Numbered from the stretch's first letter, positions 38,366 to 52,023 are shown. The stretch is DNA of 64,000 nt from Ruditapes philippinarum (GCF_026571515.1 NW_026852257.1:1-64000); one strand, 5' to 3'. A program made the numbers and translations. Notes: generated by a model from the letters alone, not told the origin.

Positions 38366-40538
38366 ATCATTATATTCTGTACTGCTTTAATATTACTCGG
38401 TGACCATGCACTTAATTTTTGAAAAACAAAGTTACTACAGATATTTATCAAGTGTCAGGGTTATCTATGTGGAGTTATCCAGTATAATTTATTTTTACAC
38501 TTCTAATAAACTTAAGATTTCAGTGTGCACACATTTAATGGGCTAATCTTTTAAAAAAATATCCAATTGCCTCTCAAAGGAATGTCACTTAGTTATAGTA
38601 AATGTCACTTTGAAATTATTCTGTTTACAATTAAAGATTTTAAGTACTGAAAAGTACAAGATCTTGTGACAGTAAAAAGGTGAAGACACAAGAGCAATCT
38701 GTGATCACATGTGTCACCTTATGATAGCTATAATAAAGCAGTTGTATTGAGAAGAGAACTGATTGAAAAGTTTGTTCCCTATATGACATACATGTAGCTG
38801 CTTTAAAGCATGTTGCAGCAACTGTATTGCATGAAACACAAAAAATCATTAACAAGCCAAAATGCTTTTTTATTGAATATTCAAGGCCATAACTCAGCCA
38901 AAAAAAAATCATTCAACCTGAAAATCCATTTAATATATGATAGAATTTGAGGTACCTATCAATCCTGTGAATTTTACTTAAATTGCATTAATGGACCTTT
39001 CCGGTTTTCGTAGCGGAACATTTAGCCACACCTTTTCCATTCATTGCTAGGTCAACTGCTCACAAACAGCATCACAAACATAAGCACGTGTTCTTTTTTT
39101 CAGTCAATCTGTAATAATTTGTTTTCGTTCATAAATTAAGGGAGGACAACTTCTGCTGCCTTAAATGAATATTTTTGTTTTAAATATTTCATCGGTTGAA
39201 CGCCTCAGTGTAAACTTAATGCAGACGATTTAACATTGGCAGTTTATATTGGCACCCCTTGATTTTGAAAATCGCCCCCTTTTTTGAAATAGAGGGGGAA
39301 AATCACCCCTATTTTTAATTCCTAGAATAGACACTGTAAATATGCGACTTGGATAAAAGCCCGACAGTCGAACAGATCTGGAATAAGAAATCGTTGGACC
39401 TAATCAAAATTTATCGGACATGTCTGTCGGACCGACATATTCGGGAAGTCGAAGGTAGATCTATGTTAGTTTTTTTTATTTTTAAATAGAAAAATGTTTT
39501 TTAAGATTATTTTTTTCTACCATACATAACTCAATGCATAATAACGTAGCTCATATACAATAAATATAACCCTTCTGACTGTTACAATTACACATAATGC
39601 CTTGAGACGCTTCAGGACACTAAATTTCTTCCAGACTATTTTTAGTGAGACTGGTTTATAAAATGATTTTCTTTTTCATTGTGTTGTTTACTTAATTTTA
39701 TGATTGTAGTGTAATTAATTGTTTAAATGTTTATCTTGTATCTTTTTGTTTATAAAGACTCTGAAATACTGTAGATTTTGATGTAGCGGTCATAAAAAAG
39801 ACTCATATCCTGGATTAGACGAGGAGCATTATAAGGTTCATTCCGTTTTCTCTAGTGTATTATATATACAAGTTTTACTCCTGAAAAATACATAGGGGTC
39901 TAAACCAGGAAATTGCCGAATAAAAAGCAGCCGATGTAGAAAACATAAAAATAGCAAAAAATTTCGAACGTGGGTGGGGTCCTACCTGTGTCTGGCAAAA
40001 TTCCTGAAGAAAGGCCTGTAGTCAATGTCGCGGCTACTCTTTAACTAGTGTTGGCAGACATTGTCATATAAATACAAAAAATTATTTCCAGGTCTCTCAG
40101 ATTCATAATTCTATGGCTAATGTTATAGGCGATTTAACGACTATCCGGATTCTCATGCACTTACTTGGATAAAACAAAAACACTCTCATTATTTAACAAC
40201 ATGAAAAAAGATTTTTCATTACTATAACAGAAAACATTTATTACAAATATTTAAGGCATAAAACATATTAAAAATTTCAACAAGAAACACAAATATCTTA
40301 CTTTTCACAGAGCAATTTTCGTTCAATCTCGCACCTGTCACAGGTAGTTTGGAAAAGGCTAAAGTTCTTATTTTAATCGTTGTCGTCCACAAGCAGACAA
40401 AAGTAGTTTGTAACTAGTACGTTAGGCAAACTTATTTCTAGTACAATATTATACTTCTTTTTTGTAATTTCATCTGTAGAAACTTTAACTGGATGATTAA
40501 GAATAACAAATTCAAAAAAGAAAGAAAAGAAAACCTAT

Positions 40539-40678
40539 TTAAAATAAAGTTAGACACAGCGTTTACAAACATATGTAAATTAGCTTAAATTTGCTTGTTA
40601 AAGGGACTTTAAAATAAGGTTAGACACAGCGTTTACAAACATATGTAAATTAGCTTAAATTTGCTTGTTAAAGGGACT
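40539..40678. repeat. 70-bp tandem duplication abutting a MITE end
   Basis: tagacacagcgtttacaaacatatg occurs at 40551 and 40621. Confidence 0.9.
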
Positions 40679-41028
40679 CCACTGAGGTTTAAAAGCCTAA
40701 AAGCATAACATTTGCAAGTCTTACATAAATGAGTTGGGGCACTTTAAAGAAAAATATATGCAAAGATGGTTAAGAAATATACTTTGAAAAAAATTGAAAA
40801 TCGTATTTTTATGCTTTCCTCAGCCCGATTTGAGTGAAAAGCGTTTAATCGCTTTTCATTTTGGGTCATTTTTTTTACAATTTGAATAATTATACTAGAA
40901 AAACGAAGTGCGCGAATGATCCGAAATTTTGCACTAAGATTAGTTGTCTAAACCTACATCAAATGGTACATTTATCTGGAAAAAATATTTTCAGTCCCAA
41001 AATTTCAAAAAACCTCAGTGGAGTCCCT
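40672..41028. mobile_element. Kolobok-like MITE, TTAA TSD
   Basis: TTAA|AGGGACTCCACTGAGGTTT ... AAACCTCAGTGGAGTCCCT|TTAA; perfect 19-bp TIR. Confidence 0.85.
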
Positions 41029-42112
41029 TTAAAGAGCATAGATCATCCAAAGTTATATTACAGTGTACGGTTGATAAGAATTTATAATAAACCTTCCTAT
41101 TTCATTAGAATTTCGAAAAACACACAAATGAGAAATAACAAGAAAAAAATCGAAACACATGCAGCAGTAGAATATTCAAGCGCTTGTTTATTCAAATTGG
41201 AAATTGTTAAAACAAAAATATTTTTGGTAAAATTTTAAAGATTACAAATGAATGAAATGACTGACATTTTCATTGCACAGTTATGTTAATGTTGGTTAAA
41301 TCATAACACTTATAACGTTTTTGTCACAAAAGAGTCGTGTATACGTAGAAGAATCGGAAATATCTATTGCTTGTGTCCAATAATCATCCGACATTAAATG
41401 GAGCACACCATTTTTCGCCTTCGTTTTTCTTCATATCGGAAAGTAATCTGACCAATGCTTCAAGTTCTGTATACGATTCAACATAGAAGAGATGCTCGTT
41501 GATAGGCGCAGATACATAGGCAGTCAGTTCGTCTTTGCCACGCTTTGTGAAACCACCAGTCATAAGTCCGTAAACGTCAGCTACCTTACGAAGCTCCTCG
41601 ACAGCTTTCAATGTTTCATGGCGATTGTTAGATTGGCCATCGGTGAGTATCAACACTTCAGGCTTCACTTCGGATGACTTTCTAGCACCTTTAATGAAAT
41701 AAATACAGTACAATAATAATCCCAACGGTAAAAATGATTTTGCAATGCATTTGTTGAGTTTTTTCCCCGCCGATTTATATGCATGTCAATAATTGAAAAC
41801 ATTTGCATTGATAAACTATTTAAAATGTTGCAATAAAAAGTCTTTGAAGTAGGACAAAATGTTTGCAACAATGTTATTTAGCTTTTCACACAAATATCGC
41901 AAAAATCACAACATTAAAAAAAAGCTGAATATTTTTTATGAATACTCACCTTTAGAAGATTGAAACATCTCAATGGCTTGCATGAAGGCTTCTGCAGTGT
42001 TTGTTCCACCACCATTATACATAGCTTTTGAAATCGCCCCTTGAATATCCTCGGTGGTTGCATGGTCATTAAAGTCGAAATTCTGCTCAACTGTCGAGGA
42101 AAATGTGAGCAT

Positions 42113-42319
42113 TGTGGAAGTGGTTTCGTATATTTGAAGTAATAATACAAAGGCGTTGTGTAGGTTCGATCTGTATTGACTCTCGATTTAATGTGTACAA
42201 AATCTCAACAGTAATATATAAACAATAACAACATACGTCAGAAGTGACGTTGACGTCAAATAGCGCGGTAAGACGTAACGTAGATAATAGCGTAAATATA
42301 TGTAGTTTTCTTGCGGACA
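42113..42319 (-). repeat. 3' LTR (TG...CA)
   Basis: Direct repeat of 47881-48084. Confidence 0.93.
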
Positions 42320-42530
42320 TACTGGGGGCCGCGAAATGTTTAACACTTATTACACAAAGATTTAAGAATATTTAAGCAGTATGTTCAGAAATAACTTATC
42401 AGCAATATCAAAGAGTAATTTAAATAAGTATGTATCGTCTCTAAGCATTCATTTGTCAAAAATATTATGGTTATTATCGTTATTAATACAGTCTTTTGAA
42501 GTGTCACTATGCATGAATATTATTTCATAG

Positions 42531-45500
42531 TTAAAGTTCTGTAACTTCCAAAGGAAAAAGTTTCACTATCGGTCTATTGGTAACACCACTGTCTGTTCTA
42601 ATTTTCGCCGACCGAACGAGTCCATCTCTCCCGTGCACGAGTTGTTCAACGACCGCCAATTTCCATTGTGCACGTGGTACGTCATCGTGAACTTGTACTA
42701 CGTCACCAACTGATATGGATTGTTTATTTTTCCCGGAAGTACGATGTTGTTCACGAAGAGCAGTTAGGTAATCATGTCTCCATCTCTTACGGAAGTCTTC
42801 TATGATTTTAATCTGAACTTTGGCACGTTGTGTAATGTTCTGTTGTTTCCCAAGGCTCAAACTTAGGTCCGTTTCATCAACAGTGTCATGATACGGTAAT
42901 GTAGTAATTCGTCTACCATATAAAAGATGGGCTGGGGTCAATGGTTCTGGTTTTGGGCAATTGCCGGACGAGACATATGTTAACTGACGGTCATTCATAA
43001 CGGCTTCTATCTCGGTTATGACAGTCTGCAAAGAGTCGTATGTAACGTAGGTACGGCCTAGGGTTTTCTTGAGTGCTGTCTTTGTGAGTCCAATCAACCT
43101 TTCCCACCATCCTCCATACCAAGGTGCACGCTTAGGAATGAATTTCCATGTGGTACCATGACTGGTAAGTGTGTGATGTACATGTCGGGACTCGAACAAA
43201 CGTGTTATATGGTTGGATGCAGCCATAAATGTTGAAGCATTATCAGAGATCATGACATGTGGTAAAGATTTTCGGCTGCTGAATCTTCTAAATGCTTGTA
43301 GAAAGGAGTCTTCTGTCAAATCTGGCACGAGTTCTAAGTGTACCGCTCGAGTGGAGGCACACGTAAATAAACAAATATATGCTTTTGATTCCATTCCGTC
43401 TTTAGTTCTGACATAAAGTGCGCCTGTAAAGTCTACACCTGTCACTGTAAATGGCACTGTATCTTCTACTCGATATCTGGGTAACGGAGGAGGATCTGGG
43501 GGTGAGTATGCTTGGCCAACGACTTTCCGACAAGTGACACATTTTCGAAGAATTGTCTTTACACATTGACGAATAGCAGGTATCCAAAACTTCTGTCGTA
43601 TATAGGTAATTGTAGAATTTACTCCAGCATGTAGTATTTTTTGATGGTAATGAAGTACAATCAAACGGGTCAACTTATGTTTTGATGGTAACAGGTAAGG
43701 GAATTTCGAACTCTCGACCAATGGGGCATTGTGAATTCGACCTCCGCAACGGATTCCGCCATCGTTATCTAAAAATAGTCGAAGTTGTTTGACAAGCTGT
43801 GAGCGGGATTTACTTGATCTCATGTTGCTGATCTCTGCTGGATAAGTACTGGACTGACAGTCTATTAGCCATAATTTCTCAGCTTGAAGTAATTCATCGG
43901 GGGACAGGGGTTCGAGTCTCTTTTTAGAACTTTTGCTGTTTTGTATGAATCTCATCACATATGCAGTAACACGTAATAGTTTCTGGTATGAACCGAATCT
44001 GTCAATATCAATAACTCTATGAATGCCTTGCTCGCTAGTTGTGGTAACAGTACTGATAGTGCTAGGGTCTGGACCGGAAGTATTGGTTTCATGACCGGAA
44101 GTGTCATATAAGGAAGCTGTGAGCACTGTTGCATCTTTTGGATTCCATGTAGGCCATTTTAATTGATTGTTGATCCAGGATGGTCCATATTGCCAAAGGC
44201 TGTTATTGACAAACTGGGTCGCTGTTATACCACGGGTAAGTAAATCTGCTGGGTTAAAGTTGGTTGGACAGTATTTCCATTTCCGGTCCCCGGCCAGTTT
44301 TTGTATTTCTTCGACTCTGTTCCTCACGAAGCGGGGTAAAGTTTTAACTGTTTCTAACCAATGTAAAACAATCTGACTGTCTGACCAAAGATAGAAATTT
44401 GTGTGTTTTAATGTCTTCTTTATGTGGCTTAAAAGTCGAGCACCTATTACAGCTGCCATTAATTCTAGTCGGGGTAACGTAAGTTTTTTAAGAGGTGCCA
44501 CACGATTCTTTGCCATAATTAGTGATGAATTTTGACCATTGGAAAGGTAAGCTGCAGCTCCATATGATGACTGGCTAGCATCTACAAACACGTGTAAGGT
44601 AGTATGTGAATGGTCGTCTGCTTGTCTAATTTTCTCGTCTGCTCCGGGAAAATAGCAACGTCTGTATTGAGTGGTGGATAGTGTAGTCAAATCTGCAGCA
44701 AGATTTTTCCACCTCTTTTGTATATTTGCTGGAAGTGGAGTATCCCAATCGAACTTTTCTTCCCAAATTTGTTGCAATATAATCTTAGCACGTACCGTAA
44801 CCGGACTAAGTAGACCAAGAGGATCGAACATTTTTGACGTCTGTCGCAAGATTTCTCGTTTCGTTGTAGTATCTGTGACTGGTATATAGGTTTGTTGGAA
44901 AGTCAACATATCTGTCTCTGTATTCCATCGCATTCCAAGTATCTTTGTGATTTTATCTCTATCTTGTACGTCGTAGTTTAAGGCTAAATTTCGTAGTTTC
45001 TGGCTATTTGAATTCCAAGAGCGTAAGTTAAAATTTGCAGACGACATAAGCTTTCGTGAATCATGGAAGTAAGCAACTGCCTGGTTTTCATCTTCAAAGC
45101 TTGACAAAACGTTGTCCACGTACAAATCTCTTCTTAAAATACTACTGACCCATACATCACTGTTACTTGCTAGATGTTTTAAGATCGTTGCATTAAGAAT
45201 GAACGGGGAACATGTTGCTGCACCAAACAGAACTGCTTTAAACCTGTAGGTGATCAAAGTACTGTCGGGATTTTTGGGGTCACTTAACCAAAGAAATCTT
45301 GTAAAATCTCTGTCTTCTTCTGCAAGCTGTATTTGTAGAAAAGCCTTCTCTATGTCGGTAGTAACAGCATATCTTTGTAACCGAAAACGGATAAGAATTT
45401 GAGTGAGATCGTTTAGCTCTGGTGGCGTAGAATTCAAACAGTCATTTAAGCTTGGTTGGTTACGTGACTGATGACAACTACAATCATATACGATGCGTAT

Positions 45501-47849
45501 CGGTGTTGTGACTGAGTCTTTCTTGACGCCGTGGTGGGGAATGTAATGTATCTTGTGTTGGGGTGTGATACCTTCGTCTACCTTCTCAATAAAACCTCTC
45601 TTTTCTTGATCATTGATTATTTCTCCATACGTTTGTAGACTACTAGGATCTTGACGTAAACGTCTGATTACGTTTTCAGTGCGTTTCTTGGTGATGTCAT
45701 AATTCGTTGGTAAGATAGCGTGATCTTCTTTCCAAGGCAGTTTGGCTGTGTAACGTCCGTTATTGTAGGTGATTGAATCACGCTGGTAGTTTTCTAGGTA
45801 TGTAGCCTCAGGGTTCTCTTCTTCTTGAGATATACCAAGAGACTCAAGCTTCCAAAATCTCTCAATATCAAAGGAATCTGGGGAGGACGTTAGAATTCAA
45901 ACAAATGGGTGGACGTTTCTTGTGCGGGAACTGGAGGCTGTTGGGATGTGGACGCTGTAAGTGTAGAAACCGGAAGTTGGTGTTGTATTGACGCTGGAAA
46001 GTTGGAAACCGGAAGTGGACCGGATAAAAGATATCCAAGTCTCGACTGCACCGCTGTTGGACCATTCCCTCGGACTACCTTATCTTGAACAATTTTCCAA
46101 TATGAATCTGCTCCAATCAGTAACGATATCTCAAAATCTCTGTCATTTGTAACTGGATGAGCTAGCTTTAAAACCATGCAAGTATGGGAGGGCTAATATA
46201 TTCTGATTAATATTTCGCAGCGGTACGGCTATCTTTGGAACAATCAAAACATCAATGCATATTTTCTCATTGTCGTCTGTAATAAGTTGTATACAACATT
46301 TCCTCATGTGTCGTACTCTTTGGCTAGTATCACCAAACGATGCTAAATGAACGACTTCATTTCCGGTCTGCTCAATTTTTAGTTTCTCCGCTAATTCTTC
46401 AGTGATAAAAGAACGCTGAGCTCCCTCATCAAAAAGAATATTTGTTTCCAATGAAACGCTGTTAAAACATATCTGTGCAACGGCTGTCTTCAGAAGAACG
46501 TCATGTCTTAGCTGAGTGGTAGAGTGTAGAATTGCAGCTTCGGGTTGATTTGAAACACCGGAAGTAGCTGGTATGGTGAAACTTGCGGCATTGGGATTGA
46601 GCTTTGAGTTTGATTGCTTGGCAGATTTGTCACAGATACTTGAATGATGTTTGCGCTGACAGTGACGACATCTATTTGTGGAACGACATGCCGATACTTG
46701 ATGTTTCCGTAAACAGTTAAAACACAAATGTTCTCTTTTTACAATGTCTATACGCGATTCATAAGATGTAACCTTTCTGCACTCGTTTGGGGAATGTTCA
46801 TCATTACAAAAAGGACAAACTTTCTTGAAAGTTTTCCGGGAATAGACGTCTTTCTTACGTTCATTTTTACGTTCATTTGTACTTTGTCTAGTTCCAGTAA
46901 AGAATGACGCTGTGGGAATATGAACATCAGGTTCACGGTTGATAATATCACTAGTAGAAATACCTGCTTCCATGAAAGAAATTTCTTTACAGATAGCTGA
47001 CCTTAACTCTTGTAATTCCCAGTTTACACTGCGATGTTCACGTGCCATATTTTGCTTCATTATGCCTGGTAACTTCTCTAAGATTATTGGTATTAATAAG
47101 CTACCGTAAGATTCCTGTGACTGCCCAAGTGATTCTAAACCTCTGATAAAAGTTTCCATTTTATCATAAAAACATTGTAAACTTACTACATTGTTGTTAG
47201 GTCTTGGAAGTTCAAGCAAGGACTGCATGTATCTATGAATTATCTTCTGTGGTTGTCCGAAGCGCTCCCTTAGTAGACTCACTGCCTTTAAATAGTTCGC
47301 ATTCGTCAAAGGAAACCCGTCTATACACCGTGCTGCTATACCTTGAACCAGAGATCGCAAGTAATTGAATTTCTGAACGTCCGATAACGTAGAATTCAGA
47401 TGAATAGATGACTCATAAGAGTCCCAGAAAGTCTGCCAGTTGGTAAGATCTCCGTCAAAATTAGGTATGGTGAGTTTTGGGAGTTTATGTTGCGTAAATG
47501 TACTCGAACTCGTATGTCTCGGTACCATAGGGTTATCTTCTTGATCAACGGAACTATTGTTTGTAAAGTCTTGAGTCTGTTTCCGATAAGTCTCGCTAAA
47601 CTTCTGAATCCTCAGATCCAAATCGTATGAATATTCTTCACTTTCCACGATTTCTGTTTCAATATCGTCACACTGATTAATGATCTTTTCATTCAGTCCT
47701 TTAATTATCGTAGCTTTTTCTGTCAGATAATCTATGAGTGAAGAAATTTCTAGCGACGACATTTCCTCATTTTGATCAATTGCGGCTAATTTTCTCTGCA
47801 CAATTCTGCGATGACCTTCTCTTGTTGAAATAAGCTTCTGTAGATTCAT
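42531..47849 (-). CDS. BEL/Pao Gag-Pol polyprotein with two frameshifts (~46175 and ~45900)
   Basis: Gag KLPKLTIPNFDGD..WQTFWD and triple Cys-His knuckles; protease LFDEGAQRSFI; RT DIEKAF and YVDN; RNase H FVDAS..LPRLEL; integrase HHCC and DDE (GVDFTG, SDNAST, WERL). Confidence 0.92.
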
Positions 47850-47880
47850 GATTAGTCAATAGCTATACAAACGGCACCAA

Positions 47881-48084
47881 TGTGAAAGTGGTTTCGTATA
47901 TTTGAAGTAATAATACAAAGGCGTTGTGTAGGTTCGATCTGTATTGACTCTCGATTTAATGTGTACAAAATCTCAACAGTAATATATAAACAATAACAAC
48001 ATACGTCAGAAGTGACGTTGACGTCAAATAGCGCGGTAAGACGTAACGTAGATAATAGCGTAAATATATGTAGTTTTCTTGCGG
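47881..48084 (-). repeat. 5' LTR (lacks terminal 3-4 nt)
   Basis: Direct repeat of 42113-42316, adjacent to the PBS. Confidence 0.93.
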
Positions 48085-49389
48085 AGCATAGCAGCTTGAT
48101 TGTACTGATACTGACCATTCTCCTTATTAAATGGATTTTCTGGGCAAAGCAAACCTATCAATGTGCCTATCTCCTTGTTGGCCTTCTGAAAATTACTCTG
48201 CCCTATACTTCCAGAGCTGTCCATGATGAGCAGAAGGTCCCGGACACTTCCTTGATTCGTCTGTCGTCGTTTACGTGAATTACTTGAAAACGCTCTAATG
48301 AAATACTGCTCTACATTTTTAGCAGTTTCAACAACTGTAGGCTTTGTGTCTAAAATAACAGAAACAGGCTCTTTTAAATAAGACCAGCACCAAATTTGTT
48401 TAAAAGGCTGTAAAGTTTGTCAATTGACTTTTAAAAAAAATATCTTTGATTTATTACACATATTTTACATCCATACATGACGAAATATCGGATGTAAACT
48501 TAATGAATAATTCTTTCCTTGAAACGAACTATAGTTCAAAGATACATGCATTAAAATCTATGTTGCAAGAATATTCTTGTTTTTTTTTCCGCACATTATG
48601 ATATTCATGGTTTAATATAACTTGTGATTTTTCGCATCTTACCTATGTATCTGTTCTCGACAAGGTCAGGACACTGGTTCCCTGCTCCCATGGGATTCTG
48701 TGTTACATTTCTGGTTCTTATCTGTTGTCCGAATCCAAAATTTCCTCCCCATTCTGACCATTGTGAAACTTGGCAGTCTACATCGGTTTCTGTTGAAAAT
48801 TGTTGATAAATAAATGTAAATAATACTTAACTTTAAATAAACGAGAGGTGTAATACATTCTATAAATGATTAAACCAGCTAACTTTCAAATACAAATAAA
48901 TCTACAGTGTATTAGGTTAGTCAGTAGGGCAATATGTAGATGTCTTAAAGAATCTATTAAAACTTATGTTAAACATATCTTTTTTAATTTTATGTATAAA
49001 ATATTGTCGTTTTCATTATACTTGTTATTCATCTAAAATACTAAAAATAAAAAGTTATACCTCTTGTTTCAGAAAGCGGTGGACACAATGATGAACCTCC
49101 AGATGGCACCCGCATTATTCTTCTTGTTCTAGATTCAGTATATTGTCCAGATGAACTCCATTGTGTCCATGTTGTGACAAGACAATCATCTCTGAACATA
49201 AATGAATTAACAAACCAAACGTTTAAAAAAAGGACAATCGCTTGATATCCGAATATACGCATTTTAATGTTTCGAAAGTTCGAATGTTGGTATATAACTG
49301 ATTAACAATGCTACGAGCTCGTATTTATTTAATAAAATGATGTTAATAGATACGTTTTCCAATTCTTATAGCAAAGGATGTGAGTTTAT

Positions 49390-49426
49390 AAAGTTAACGA
49401 ACCAATAGAATCTAAATGCGTGTACG
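49390..49426 (-). promoter_or_regulatory. Conserved upstream motif containing a CCAAT box, copy A
   Basis: Minus strand CGTACACGCATTTAGATTCTATTGGTTCGTTAACTT matches CGTACACATGTATTTAAATTCTATTGGTTTGTAACTT upstream of copy B. Confidence 0.45.
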
Positions 49427-49522
49427 ATACCATCTGAAGTCTACCATATCCGTATACAGGAAGAATATTTTGCTTGAGACACATTTGCCAGCTTCCAACT
49501 GAACCAGTTAAAGTACACGACG

Positions 49523-51606
49523 TATGGAGGGCGTTCGTTGCCAAAATTCCAGACATGTAAAGTGTTCCTTTTGAAAGCTACTTTTGAAAATACGAAGGTT
49601 CATGTCTAGCATTTTTGATTGTATTCTTGCACAGCAAATAATATACCTCTTAATTGAAGGCATCCGCTTTAAATAACAAGTTTACATGTAAATCTTAACA
49701 ACTGACTTAACATGGAAAACAACAACAAATTTACAAGTTCGTATCTTCCATTGCATATGATTTATAAGCATGTTTTCACAGTTACAGATATCTATCTTTA
49801 CCTGAAATATACAAATGAAATGTAAAACTCGAATACAGAAAATAGAGTTTAAGAAAACGTGTTTCCAGTTGTAGAACTACAAGAGTACGTTTACACAGTA
49901 CCATGTTTAAAATGACAAAAGTAGATTCACAAAGGTAAACGATTTTAAGTCATGTATGGCGCCCCGCCCCTCTCTGAGTATTTACGAACTTCTATTACGG
50001 AAACATCTTACGCCTCTCTCCTATTTCTCAATAAAATGAAGTAAAACACGGCGTCCCTTCTAACTTTTTATAAAAAAGTCATTTTTTTGGTATCAAATGA
50101 AAGATTACTCCATAAGCTTTCTATGAATGCCTCAGAAATAAAAATGAATTAAATAGATGTATTAAAATTTTTGTTTCAAAACGCAACTCCTCTTGAACCG
50201 GATGGCAGATTTTGCCTAAACTTCAAGGGATGAACAAACTTAATGTGTAGATGGAAGTAAAGGAAGGAATTTTTGCTGCGACCAAATTTAACAGAATTAT
50301 GGACTTTGTTAATTTTTTCACTATATACCATAAATATGTTGTCACTGGGGGAATCCGTGTCCTTTGGACACAGTCCTAGTTTATTTCTTGATCAATTTTG
50401 ATAATTTTAGACTCAAGTAAAAGAATCCTTCATGAACTTTCTAGGGATGCCTTTAAAATAAAAAAAATAATTACGTAGAAGTATTAAAAATTTTATCGTT
50501 GTTTATTTTTTTCTCTCTTAAAACCACACTCATATATTCGGCAAGAAAATCAAGTCGCTCCCTTTAGATACTTTATCAAATAATCAATTTTTAAAATAGA
50601 AAATGAATATTGAATGAAAGTTAAGACCATAAGCTTTGAACCAGTATATTAAAAAGTATTTATTTATACAGAAAATACCTTATTAAAGATTACACATATG
50701 TGCTACGGATAAGTACTTTCTTGATTTTGGAAAGGAAATTTCGGTGGCCGCTTTAAAATCCTATTTTTTCAAATACTTGCATAGTTTTTGTTGAAAATGA
50801 AATTTGTGCTAATACATTTTTCAATGATACCAACACAAATATTGGGTGGTTTTTAGATTATGAATAAAATTACTCTCTTGGAAGTTGGTCATTGTTTCCT
50901 CTAAAAAAATTCCAAATCGTTTCTCAGGAAAACATAGATAAAGATGTTTCTCAGGAATAATAAGTTAGTTTATAAGTTAAATTCATCATTTTATATCAAA
51001 TAAATGGTAAAATCAGAAATTTTCAAGTGATGTAGCTAGTTACAAAACTTTTGTAACGAATGTAACACATATATGTTAGGAAAAATGCGGCATGTTTATT
51101 TTTTTATTCAGTTTTATTTAGAAATAGGGGAGAGACGCCGTTTTATAAAGGTTCGTTAATACTCTGAGAGGGGCGGGGCGTTATGCTTGACTAAAATATC
51201 GTTTAACTTTGTTAATCTACTTTTGACATTTTAAACATGGTACTGTGTAAACGTACTCTTGTAGTTCTACAACTGGAAACACGTTTTCTTAAACTCTATT
51301 TTCTGTATTAGAGTTTTACATTTCAATAGTATATTTCAGATCTATAAGTGTGCAAACTTGCATATGTATTGCACGCATTGGAAGATACGAACTTGTAAAT
51401 TAGTTTTTGTTTTCCATGTTAAGTCAGTTGTAAACTTGTTATATAAAGGCAGGAACCTTCAATTAAAAGATTGAATGAAGAGACATCTTATGCGCTATGC
51501 ACGGGTACAATAAAAAATGGTAGGCATACAAGTTCGCATTTTCAAAAGTAATTTTTAAAAGGAACACTTTACATGTCTGGAATTTTTGCAACGAACGCCC
51601 ACCATA
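49523..51606. repeat. Large inverted repeat (~500-bp arms) between the divergent paralogs
   Basis: 49523-~50040 is the reverse complement of ~51110-51606, including a ~80-bp identical tract (49832-49914 vs 51227-51309). Confidence 0.85.
50178..50381 (-). mobile_element. Partial HINE, same family as 34211-34735
   Basis: Reverse complement matches aactagaaatgtgtccataggacacggat and the core aatctgccatccggtttaagaggagttgcgtt. Confidence 0.75.
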
Positions 51607-52023
51607 GGAGGGTCTGGTTCATGTTTTGTTTTGCTGATGTTACCTCTTTTTGCAAGCAAATTATCAAAACATCCTTGTTTGCTTTACGTTAATTTTGTCA
51701 CGTAAAAATTTAAGTAAAAAGAGTAAAAAAAGAGAAGAACCGAACATCCAATCTTGGATTACTTCACAGATCCAATGTCATGTTTTGTTTATTTGTCCAC
51801 TTCATGTATATCAGAGTTTAAAATGATACAGATTTTAGAAAATATCTCAATAAGAATACTTCGTTTTTACAACATAAGACGACATTGTTTTGTTCTATTA
51901 CAAATTTCAATTTGTAGCCATTGGAGAGACATAACCGAATTGTATATCAAATCACTTCAAAATGACTATTAGAAATATGCATATTTAATTATTTATGAGC
52001 TTACAAAAATATAACAGCAATAA

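Larger units (their letters stand above)
42113..48084 (-). mobile_element. BEL/Pao LTR retrotransposon, full-length, recent
   Basis: LTRs at 42113-42319 and 47881-48084 with 1 substitution seen; TSD (G)AGCAT; PBS TGGTGCCGT (tRNA-His-like) at 47879-47871; gag-PR-RT-RH-IN order. Confidence 0.96.
41384..49262 (-). pseudogene. Secreted TSP1-TSP1-vWA gene, copy A, exon 3 interrupted by an LTR retrotransposon
   Basis: Exons 49262-49061, 48789-48643, 48349-48084 + 42106-41950, and 41688-41384. Removing the insertion and one TSD restores an open 358-aa frame. TSP1 motifs WTQWS and WSEWG..RTR; MIDAS DSSGS, GGTNT, LTDG. Confidence 0.88.

Noticed and set aside
49523-51606. Second IS3EU-like element (TATGG...CCATA ends)
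   Set aside because: No 6-bp TSD (ACGACG vs GGAGGG) and weak inverted similarity continues outward; better explained as part of the gene duplication.
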